36,641 nt of DNA. Source: Acidobacteriota bacterium. Its GTDB lineage: Bacteria; Acidobacteriota; Thermoanaerobaculia; Multivoradales; UBA5704. Shown here one piece after another: positions 15,097 to 23,142 of this stretch. The stretch spans positions 1 to 36,641 of the forward strand of contig JBDTZG010000053.1 of NCBI GenBank assembly GCA_040005235.1. The letters are read 5' to 3'. The number at the start of each line of letters is the position of its first letter. The stretch's first letter is position 1. The translations under genes and the position numbers were made by a program. The notes under the pieces are model-generated. The model did not search any database. It worked only from the letters and a program-made list of their open reading frames with translations, and was not told the origin of the DNA.

Positions 15097-17781
15097 CGCG
15101 GCCACGTTGAAGCCCCATGCGTGATCCGGGGCGATCTGGTAGAGACCGTTGACGCTGTACGACCACTTGCTGTTGATGTAGACCGCGCCCTTCGAGCCCG
15201 AGCCGGTGCCCGAACCCTGGATGACCTGGTCGCCATCGCGAATCGCCTGGCCGGCAGCACCGCCGATTCCCAGGGTCGGATCTTCGTTCTCGCTGTCCGG
15301 CGAATTCCACCTCCAGTCGGAGTACGTGAAGTTGCCGCGGAACATCCAGCGGTTGGACAGGCGCTTGTTGAAGGTGATCGAAGCGCCCTTGTAATCCTGC
15401 TCGCGGTCGCCGTTCTCCAACAGGAAGCCGTTGCGGGTCGAAACACCCGGACGGAGCTGGTAGATCTGGAGCGTGTACGGATCGCCGTTCGGCAGCACGC
15501 GGCCATTGACGCCGGTCCGCGGGCGCGGGGTGACCGGAACGTAGTCGCTGCGGACGTGCTTCCGGCCGACCGAATTGAGGTTCGCCGTGTCGGTGGCGCA
15601 GCCGGTGCCGCCATCGGCGCAATCGAACACCAACCGCTCCTGCTCGGCGAGGTCGGTGTACTTGCGGAACGTGAGGTTCAAGCCGACCACGAACTCCGGC
15701 AGCAGCGCGTGCTCGACCGAGAAGAGCAGCTCGTGGTTGATCGGGGCGTTGAAGTCCGAGGCCACGGCGTTGGACTGCAACAGCTGGCCGTTGTTCGGGT
15801 TGACGTTGGGGCTGAAGTACTGCAACGCCAGGTCCGAGCGGTTCGGCAGGCGGGTGTTGCCGACGCCGCGGGTGGGGCCGTAGAAGTATGCGTAGCTCTG
15901 GAGCGCCAGCGGGTTCAGCCACGCGAGACCGCCGGTGGCCAACTGGTCGGCGTACTCCGAGTAGCTGGCGCGGAGCAGCGTCTTGTGCTCGGCGCCGAGG
16001 GCATAGGTGACACCGAGACGGGGGACGATCGTCTCCCATTCGAAACCTGCTTCCTGGCCGGCGTAGTTGATCGCCGGCAGAAGGTCGGGGAACAGCGGGT
16101 TGGCTTTGACGTTCTTGGCCGTGTTCTTGCCTCCCTGCTTGTCGTAACGCAGACCGAAGTTCGCGGTCAGGTTGCCGACCGAGACGGTGTCCTGGAAGTA
16201 AGCGCTGGTGTACTCGGCCTGGACGCCGATGATCGAGTCGCGGGAAAGAGCCCAGAACGAGTCGTCGGCGGCGGTGTCCGGATCGGGGCCGCCGTTGGCA
16301 TCTATCTCGTAGCCGTCACCCTGGGTGCGGGAAAGCGTCGTCTGGTCCGCGGTGCGGTAGCCGACGCCGTACTTGAGCTCGTGCGAGACGCTGCCGGTGT
16401 TGAAGAACGAAGACGCATCCAGCTTCTCGTTCTCTTGCGGACGCGCGATCTCGGCGAGGAAGAAGCTGTTGTGCCAAACGCCTCCTGCATCCTGGAACGG
16501 CGGGACTTCGCCGCCTTCCGGAACCAGCTGGAAGCCGCCGTTGACCTTCGAGTAGAGACCGGTCAGGTAGAAGTTCGAGCTGAAGATGTTGGTGTCTTCG
16601 AGCTTGTACGCGGTGGGCGAGGGACCGAATTTGCTTTGATCCCAGGTGGTCTCCTGAGGACGCAGAGGACCGGCGTTGCGGCCGAGCTTCACCTTGTCGC
16701 TCTGCCACGCGAAAGCGGTCGCCGAGTTGCTCGCGGAGATCTGCGCGTTGACCTTGGCGTTCCAGTCTTCGAGGGTGGAGAAATCCTTGAAGTTGTCGAT
16801 CGTGCGCAGGTCGATCTTCGGCTTGGCATAGGAGCCCCAAACCCACAGACGATCCTTGACGATCGGCCCGCCCAGCTCGCCGCCGTAGTCCTCGATCTTG
16901 TTGATCCGGTTGCCCTGCTTGAACGCCGCCTGCGCCCGGTTGCCGTTCCACGGACCGGCTTTGCCCAGATCGCCCTTGTCGAACGACAGATCCGACTGAT
17001 TGCCTTTATCGGCTTCGAAATACCGGCCCGATCCGCGCCACTCGTTGGTGCCGCGCTTCGTGACCATGTTCAGGACCACGCCGCCGGTCGAGATCGACGC
17101 ATCGCTGCCGCCGGTCGTGACCTGCATCTCTTCGAACGCGTCGAAGTCGTAGTAGCCCGGCGAAGAGCCGGTCGCCGACATGTCGGTCACGACCACGCCG
17201 TCGAGCGACCACTGAGCCTGGGTGCCGGGCGAACCGGGACCGATGTAGTTGGACTGCTGGCCCGACTCATTGCCGCCGACGTTGATCCGGTCGGTGAGAA
17301 CGCCCGGGGTCCCTTGCAGAACGGCCCACGGGTCGCGTGCGGTCGGGATTTTCTCCAGCTCGGTGGATGAGACGGTGTTGCCGGTCGAGATCCGCTTGGG
17401 ATCGAGGATCGGGGTTTCGGTGGTGACGGTGATCGTGCTCTCGAACGCCTGGGTCAAAGTCAGCTCCAGCGAGGTGTTGCGGCCGACGTTGATCACCACG
17501 TTCGGATAGTTGAGCGCCGAGAAACCTTCGAGCTGCGTCTCCAAGGTGTAATTACCCGGCGACAGGCCGAGGAACCGTGCTTCGCCCTGAGTATTGGTCG
17601 CCTGAACCTGCGGCGCGCCGTTACCCGAAACCGTGACGGTCACGCCCGGCAGCGCGGCGCCCTGCTCGTCGGTGACTTTGGTAAACAGGTTGCCGCTTTG
17701 GAGCTGTGCAAACGCCCCACCCGCGGCCATGAGGAAAAGCAGGATGACGGCAAAAGCCCGCCCTAGCTTTGAGTTTTTCAT
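14746..17781 (-). CDS. TonB-dependent receptor, Oar-like (copy 2, 1011 aa)
   Basis: Colinear paralogue of 11300..14335 at constant offset 3446, which places the start at ATG 17781 (MKNSKLGRAF..., GGAG upstream). Confidence 0.93.
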   Translation of the reverse strand: MKNSKLGRAFAVILLFLMAAGGAFAQLQSGNLFTKVTDEQGAALPGVTVTVSGNGAPQVQATNTQGEARFLGLSPGNYTLETQLEGFSALNYPNVVINVGRNTSLELTLTQAFESTITVTTETPILDPKRISTGNTVSSTELEKIPTARDPWAVLQGTPGVLTDRINVGGNESGQQSNYIGPGSPGTQAQWSLDGVVVTDMSATGSSPGYYDFDAFEEMQVTTGGSDASISTGGVVLNMVTKRGTNEWRGSGRYFEADKGNQSDLSFDKGDLGKAGPWNGNRAQAAFKQGNRINKIEDYGGELGGPIVKDRLWVWGSYAKPKIDLRTIDNFKDFSTLEDWNAKVNAQISASNSATAFAWQSDKVKLGRNAGPLRPQETTWDQSKFGPSPTAYKLEDTNIFSSNFYLTGLYSKVNGGFQLVPEGGEVPPFQDAGGVWHNSFFLAEIARPQENEKLDASSFFNTGSVSHELKYGVGYRTADQTTLSRTQGDGYEIDANGGPDPDTAADDSFWALSRDSIIGVQAEYTSAYFQDTVSVGNLTANFGLRYDKQGGKNTAKNVKANPLFPDLLPAINYAGQEAGFEWETIVPRLGVTYALGAEHKTLLRASYSEYADQLATGGLAWLNPLALQSYAYFYGPTRGVGNTRLPNRSDLALQYFSPNVNPNNGQLLQSNAVASDFNAPINHELLFSVEHALLPEFVVGLNLTFRKYTDLAEQERLVFDCADGGTGCATDTANLNSVGRKHVRSDYVPVTPRPRTGVNGRVLPNGDPYTLQIYQLRPGVSTRNGFLLENGDREQDYKGASITFNKRLSNRWMFRGNFTYSDWRWNSPDSENEDPTLGIGGAAGQAIRDGDQVIQGSGTGSGSKGAVYINSKWSYSVNGLYQIAPDHAWGFNVAANLTGHQGYPTVYFERVGGSGPQPARNIPDGALGINIPVTSRPDAFRYDDIRILDLRVEKEFSLKDFGFTVGADVFNVTNEATVLQRNGRLQRTNGDHVLEIVSPRIIRLGVKFNFR

Positions 17782-17883
17782 CGCTCGGTCTCCGAGAAGG
17801 TTGTTAATCCAACCTTTCATTCATAGAAAGGTCGACTTGGATCACTTCGGTAGAAGAAGGTAAATGCCCTCTGCTGGCCGAAC

Positions 17884-17902
17884 CCTCCTTTCCTGCCCGG
17901 AA
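17884..17902 (-). promoter_or_regulatory. Conserved 5'-leader motif TTCCGGGCAGGAAAGGAGG (copy 2)
   Basis: 18/19 identical to 14445..14463. Confidence 0.6.
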
Positions 17903-17950
17903 AATTGTTTCTGTTGCGGATCTCGGTTTGCCATCGCGATCCGGCGACAG

Positions 17951-17967
17951 AGCAAGGCGGGTGCCCG
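17951..17967 (-). promoter_or_regulatory. sigma54 (-24/-12) promoter of TonB receptor copy 2
   Basis: Minus strand CGGGCACCCGCCTTGCT matches GGCAC-N5-TTGC. Confidence 0.72.
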
Positions 17968-18095
17968 TCTCGACCCGATTCGGGGTTCGCGGGACGAGCG
18001 GCAGGCGAGCTGGGGTGAGCGGAGCGGAAGGACCTTCTCGGCACCGATCCACCCGGTCCACGGGCGGCGGGAAGCCGAACCGGCGAAGCGCGGAA

Positions 18096-18134
18096 TTCAA
18101 ACGACCCGATGAAAACGATCCGGTCTTTTGAACC
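18096..18134. promoter_or_regulatory. Candidate upstream activator site TTCAA-N27-TTGAA
   Basis: About 130-165 bp upstream of the sigma54 site; homologous to 14625..14662. Confidence 0.45.
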
Positions 18135-18226
18135 GCAGGCGCCCAGGGCGGCGGTCCGGCGCGGCGTTCGGCCCGGAAGAGAGGATCGCGCCCCCAGGCT
18201 CAGACCTTGCTATGGTATTGGGCATC

Positions 18227-19336
18227 ATGCGCGGCGCCCTGATCCTCGTCGCCCTCCTCGGCGCCCTCGCCGGCTGCACCCCGTACCAACCGTTCGACTC
18301 GGCGGCCGGCCTGCGTCAGGAGTATGCGTCACACCTCGGCGCGACCGAGGCGGCCAGCATCACCGTACCGTTCGAGCTTTCCCCGGTGATCCTCGCGGAT
18401 TTGAAGGCGAAGCTCCCGCCGGTGCCGAGCCAGCGACGCAAGATCAATCAGATCCTCGACTACATCTTTTCCCGCCTCGACCTGCACTACGAGCTCCAGC
18501 CGACCCGCGACGCGATCGAGGTCTATCGCGACCGTAAGGGCAACTGCCTGTCGTTCGTCAACCTGTTCGTCGGGGTGGCGCGCCAACAGGGGCTCGCGCC
18601 GTTCTACGTCGAGGTGGTCGACTACCAAAGGTGGAACCGGCGCGAGGGAATGGTCGTCTCGCAGGGCCACATCGTGGCGGGCCTGTATCTGGATGGCGAG
18701 CTTGCGACCTACGACTTCCTCCCCTACCGGCCGAAGGCCTATCGCGAATTCAAGCCGATCGACGACCGCACCGCCGCCGCGCACTACTTCAACAACCTGG
18801 GAGCCGAGGCGCTGCTCGGGGGCGACCCGGTGAAAGCCGAGCGGCTCCTGTCGACCGCCGCGGGGATCGCCCCGACGTTCGACAAGGCGCTCAACAACCT
18901 CGGCGTCCTCCAATCGCGCAAAGGCAACTACGACCGGGCCAAGGAGCTCTACGACCAGGCGCTCGCCAACTCGCCCGAAAACACCCTGGTGCTCACCAAC
19001 CTCGCCCGCCTGTACCAGATCACCGGCCGGTCGACCGAGGCGGCCGAAATCCTCGGCCGGGTCGAAGCGGCGAACACGACGAACCCGTTTTTCTTCGTCT
19101 ACGAGGCAGAGGTCGCCCTGTCGCGCGGCGACGAGCAGAAGGCGCTCGACTACCTGACCCGGGCGTTGCGCCAGGACAGCGAGGTCCCGGAGGTCCACGT
19201 CGGCTTCGTCAAGGTCTACGTGGCGCTCGGGGATCTCCTAAAGGCGCGCCACCACCTCGAGCGGGCGCTCAAGCTGGATGCCACCAACCCCGAGGCCCAG
19301 GAGTTGGCCCGCATGTTGGGCAAGGAGACTCCATGA
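18227..19336 (+). CDS. Transglutaminase-like (Cys-His-Asp) domain plus TPR lipoprotein
   Basis: Lipobox MRGALILVALLGALAGC; RDAIEVYRDRKGNCLSFVNLF, GHIVAG, YDF; TPRs from AHYFNNLGAE onward. Confidence 0.85.
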   Translation: MRGALILVALLGALAGCTPYQPFDSAAGLRQEYASHLGATEAASITVPFELSPVILADLKAKLPPVPSQRRKINQILDYIFSRLDLHYELQPTRDAIEVYRDRKGNCLSFVNLFVGVARQQGLAPFYVEVVDYQRWNRREGMVVSQGHIVAGLYLDGELATYDFLPYRPKAYREFKPIDDRTAAAHYFNNLGAEALLGGDPVKAERLLSTAAGIAPTFDKALNNLGVLQSRKGNYDRAKELYDQALANSPENTLVLTNLARLYQITGRSTEAAEILGRVEAANTTNPFFFVYEAEVALSRGDEQKALDYLTRALRQDSEVPEVHVGFVKVYVALGDLLKARHHLERALKLDATNPEAQELARMLGKETP

Positions 19337-20772
19337 CCCGCGCGAGGAAGCCTTCCCCGCCCCGGCGATCCTCCCCCCTCCACTCTGCGCTGATCGCGAT
19401 CTGCACGCTGATCGGCATCTTCGGCGACCAGGCCGGAACCCGCCCGGCGCGGGCCGCGGAGCTCTCCCCGGACCGCGGCTATGCCCTCCTCTCCGGCCTG
19501 ATGTCGGAGCAGACGGGCGAAAGGAAGAAGGCCGCCGAAGCGCTGATCGCGGCGGGCGACCGCACGCTGATCCCCGGCCTGGTCGACGCCCTGTTCTTCA
19601 CCGCGAAGACTCGCCGCGAGGAGTCCTATGAAGTTCTTGAGCGGCTGACCGGCGAAAAAGCAGCGTCGCGCTACCTCGATTGGGTAGAGATCGTCGGTGC
19701 CCACCCGGAATGGCAACCTAAGTCGGGGTACGCCACCTGGAAGGCGCGCCTGCTCTCCCGCATCCACCCGACTTATTCGAAGGTCTTCTATTCCGGCGCG
19801 CCCGCCCGCATCCGCCTGGAAGAGATCGTCTCGGGCGGCGTCGGCTTCGAGGGGATTCCGGCGCTCGACCTCCCGACGGCGATCCCGGCGGCCAAGGCCG
19901 GCTATCTTCACGACGGCGAAAAGGTCTTCGGCGTGCAACTCGGGGGCGAGGCCCGCGCCTATCCGCTGCGCATCCTCGACTGGCACGAGATGCTCAACGA
20001 TCAAGTCGGCGGGCGCCCGGTGACCCTCAGCTATTGCACTCTGTGCGGCGCGGGCATCCTCTACGACACCCGGACCCCCAGCGGCAAGCCCTACACCTTC
20101 GGCACCTCCGGCCTGCTCTATCGCAGCAACAAGCTGATGGTCGATCGCCAGACCCTCACTCTGTGGAACAACCTGACCGGCGAGCCGGTGGTCGGCCGCC
20201 TGGCAGAAAGCCCGATCCGCCTCGCCATCCTGCCGCTCACGCTCACCACCTGGAAGGAATGGCGGACCCGCCATCCGGAAACCACCACGCTCGCGCTCGA
20301 CGCGGCGCTGGTTGGCCGGTACGGCTTCAACTATCAACCCGGCGCCGCGGATCGCCAGCGGCGCGGCGTCTCGTTTCCGGTCTGGCAAAAGAGCGCGGCG
20401 CTCGACCCCAAGGCCGAAATCTTCGCTTTGCGCGTGGGCGATCCGCCGAAGGTCTATCCTATCGAGACGCTGCTCGCCGAGAGGATCGTCAACGACACGG
20501 TGGGCGCCTCCCCGGTCGTCCTGCTCGCCGATCCGGCGAGCGGCGCGGTCCGCGCCTTCGCCCGGGGAGATCGGACGTTCCGCTCGGGGAAGAACGGCGA
20601 GTTGGTGGATCAGGACGAGCGGGTGTGGCAGGTCGCGGAGGAGAGTTTGAGCGCCGAGGGCCGCGAGCCGCTCCTGCGGCTGCCGGGGCATCAGGCGTTC
20701 TGGTTCGGATGGTACGGTTTCTATCCCGGCTCGGAGATCTATCGCGGCCGCGGCACCGTGGGCGGCAAATAA
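19333..20772 (+). CDS. DUF3179 domain protein with N-terminal helical extension
   Basis: AAGGAG RBS and ATGA overlap with the previous stop; GIPALD, ARAYPLRILDWHEMLND, SYCTLCG, FGTSGLLYRSNKLMVDRQT, FWFGWYGFYP. Confidence 0.87.
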   Translation: MTRARKPSPPRRSSPLHSALIAICTLIGIFGDQAGTRPARAAELSPDRGYALLSGLMSEQTGERKKAAEALIAAGDRTLIPGLVDALFFTAKTRREESYEVLERLTGEKAASRYLDWVEIVGAHPEWQPKSGYATWKARLLSRIHPTYSKVFYSGAPARIRLEEIVSGGVGFEGIPALDLPTAIPAAKAGYLHDGEKVFGVQLGGEARAYPLRILDWHEMLNDQVGGRPVTLSYCTLCGAGILYDTRTPSGKPYTFGTSGLLYRSNKLMVDRQTLTLWNNLTGEPVVGRLAESPIRLAILPLTLTTWKEWRTRHPETTTLALDAALVGRYGFNYQPGAADRQRRGVSFPVWQKSAALDPKAEIFALRVGDPPKVYPIETLLAERIVNDTVGASPVVLLADPASGAVRAFARGDRTFRSGKNGELVDQDERVWQVAEESLSAEGREPLLRLPGHQAFWFGWYGFYPGSEIYRGRGTVGGK

Positions 20773-20834
20773 GCGCCCGCGTTTTTTGGCCAGGGGGAAA
20801 CCGCCCGAGGTTTCGTGGCCAAAAGGAGAGCACG

Positions 20835-23030
20835 ATGCGATCTTTTCGACAGCTCCTCAAAGGCCTCCTGGTCGTCGCCCTCCTCGTGGCCGCGCCGGCC
20901 AGGTCGTGGGCTCAGGCACCCGCCGCATCGGGCGCGGCCGCCAAAGACCGGTTCGAAGATGCGTCGCGCGTGGTCGCCGTCGAAGTGCCGGTCAACGTCG
21001 TCGGCCGCGACGGACAATCGATTCGTGGCCTGACCGCCAAAAACTTCGAGATCTACGACGAAGGCAAGAAGCAGTCGATCGAGAGCTTCGAGGTGGTCGA
21101 TCTGAACGTCCTCGCGGCCGAGCAAAGCCGGACGCGCGTCGAGCTGTTGAACGCGCCGTCGCGCCGCCATTTCCTGCTCCTGTTCGATCTGTCGTTTTCC
21201 TCCGTGCCCTCGATCTTGAAGGCGCGCCTGGCGGCGCGCGAATTCGTTCTCCACTCGCTCGCCCCGACGGATCTCGCGGCGGTCGCCACGATTTCCCTGG
21301 AGCGAGGACCCCGGTTGGTCGTCACCTTCACCCCCGATCGGGCGCAGCTGGCGCGAGGCATCGATACCCTGGGCTCCAAATCCGACCTGGCCGGCGAGCG
21401 CTACGACCCGCTCCGCTTCGTGGTCGACCAGGCTCAAGTCTCCGCCTCCGAGGCTTCGGTTAACGGCCAGGGGCAGATTCCCAACCTGCGCGACGATCGC
21501 ACCGGTGGCGCCCTCACCGACTATTTGGCTTCGATCAGCGCGATGGGCCAGAAGGACCAGCGCATGTTCGACGCCAGCCGGGTGACCGCACTCAGCCGGA
21601 CCCTCGGCTCGGTGGCCAAGAGTCTCGCGAGCTTGAAGGGGAGGAAGCAGGTGATCTTCTTCTCCGAAGGGTTCGACAGCCGTCTGATGCTCGGCCGCGG
21701 CGCAGGCCAGACCGACGACGCGATCCAGGAGGCGCAGGAGATCGCCACCGGCCAGTCCTGGATGACCGACCTCGACAATCGGTACGGCAACACCGAGCTG
21801 CAGAACGAAATCAACCGGATGCTCGACCTCTACCGGCGGGCGGACTGCGTGATCCAGGCGGTCGACATCGGCGGCCTGCGCACCGGCGGCGGGGTCGGCC
21901 CCGGGATCGGCCAGGGAAACCCGGGGGCGGGCAAAGAGGGGCTGTTCTACATCGCCAACGAGACCGGCGGCGAGCTGTTCGAAGACGGCAACAACCTGGG
22001 TCGGCAGCTGACGACGCTGCTCGATCGCACGAGCGTGACCTACCTCTTGACCTTCGAACGCTCGGATCTAACCGAAAACGGCGCCTACCATCGCCTGCGG
22101 GTCAAGGCGACCCTGCCGCCCGGCGCGCGGCTGTCGCACCGAGCGGGGTATTACGCGCCCCGGCCGTTCGGCGAGCTCGATCCGCTGGAGAAGAACCTGC
22201 TCGCCGCCGAAGGCATCGCGAGCGCCTCTCCGCGCCGCGACCTCGCCGTCGACCTGCTGGTGGCACCTTTCCGCGCCGCGGCGGACCAAGCCTACGTGCC
22301 GGTGATCATCGAGATCGGCGGCGCGGGCCTGCTGGCCGGCCAGACCTCCGACCGCCTGGGGGTCGAGATCTACGCCTACGTGAGCGACGCCCAAGGGCAG
22401 ATGCGCGATTTCTTTACCCAACAGGTGGGGCTGGCGCTCGGCACCGGACGCGAGGCGATCAAGAAAACGGGGGTCAAGTACTACGGCCATCTGTCGCTGC
22501 CCCCGGGCAGCTACCGGGTCCGCGTCCTGGTGCGCAATTCCGAAACCGGCAGGACCGGCGTCCAATCGGTGCCGCTCGAAGTGCCGGCCTACGGCAGCAA
22601 AGAACCGGAGCTGCTGCCGCCGATGTTCGCCGAAGCGCCCGGCAGCTGGGTCCTGGTGCGCCAGAAGGAGGCGGACGGCGATCGTTCCGTGGTCTATCCG
22701 TTCACGCTCAAAGGCGAGCCTTACATCCCCTCGGCCCGGCCGACGCTCGCTTCGAACCACGAGGCTCAGGTCTACCTGGTCGGCTACAACTTCGGCCCGG
22801 GCGACCTTTCCGTCATCGGCCAGGTGGTGGACGCCGCGGGCAAGAAGATCGCGGGCGGCAACCTGACCCTGGTCGAGCGGACCGCCACCGGCATTCCGGG
22901 CCTCGACAAGCTGGTGGCGACATTTTCGCCCAGCGGCCTTTCGGCCGGCGGCTACACCCTGTCCGTCGAGGTCACCGATCCGGCGACCGGCACGCGCGAA
23001 GTCAATTCCCTGCCGTTCGTCGTCCGCTAA
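20835..23030 (+). CDS. VWA domain protein, acidobacterial VWFA-related family (paralogue 1)
   Basis: AAGGAG RBS before ATG 20835; signal peptide; VEVPVNVV..GLT..NFEIYDEGKKQ, FDLSFS, GRKQVIFFSEG, IANETGG, HRAGYYAP. Confidence 0.9.
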   Translation: MRSFRQLLKGLLVVALLVAAPARSWAQAPAASGAAAKDRFEDASRVVAVEVPVNVVGRDGQSIRGLTAKNFEIYDEGKKQSIESFEVVDLNVLAAEQSRTRVELLNAPSRRHFLLLFDLSFSSVPSILKARLAAREFVLHSLAPTDLAAVATISLERGPRLVVTFTPDRAQLARGIDTLGSKSDLAGERYDPLRFVVDQAQVSASEASVNGQGQIPNLRDDRTGGALTDYLASISAMGQKDQRMFDASRVTALSRTLGSVAKSLASLKGRKQVIFFSEGFDSRLMLGRGAGQTDDAIQEAQEIATGQSWMTDLDNRYGNTELQNEINRMLDLYRRADCVIQAVDIGGLRTGGGVGPGIGQGNPGAGKEGLFYIANETGGELFEDGNNLGRQLTTLLDRTSVTYLLTFERSDLTENGAYHRLRVKATLPPGARLSHRAGYYAPRPFGELDPLEKNLLAAEGIASASPRRDLAVDLLVAPFRAAADQAYVPVIIEIGGAGLLAGQTSDRLGVEIYAYVSDAQGQMRDFFTQQVGLALGTGREAIKKTGVKYYGHLSLPPGSYRVRVLVRNSETGRTGVQSVPLEVPAYGSKEPELLPPMFAEAPGSWVLVRQKEADGDRSVVYPFTLKGEPYIPSARPTLASNHEAQVYLVGYNFGPGDLSVIGQVVDAAGKKIAGGNLTLVERTATGIPGLDKLVATFSPSGLSAGGYTLSVEVTDPATGTREVNSLPFVVR

Positions 23031-23142
23031 GGGGAGCCGGTCGTCCCGCCGGCTCGACGGCTGATCCCATCGGCCGGCGCGTGCCGGTATGATCCGTGCT
23101 CTGCTCGACGACGACAATCTTCGCCTTCATTCGGAGGAAGCC

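Noticed and set aside
11066-17370. Long plus-strand ORFs of 1106 and 887 aa
   Set aside because: Antisense shadows of the two receptor genes, expected from high-GC codon bias.
19333-20772. Selenoprotein form of DUF3179
   Set aside because: Both CxxC positions are TGC codons and there is no in-frame TGA.
18631-20834. Upstream extensions of track ORFs 18631..20772 and 20034..23030
   Set aside because: They overlap real genes out of frame; RBS-supported starts are at 19333 and 20835.
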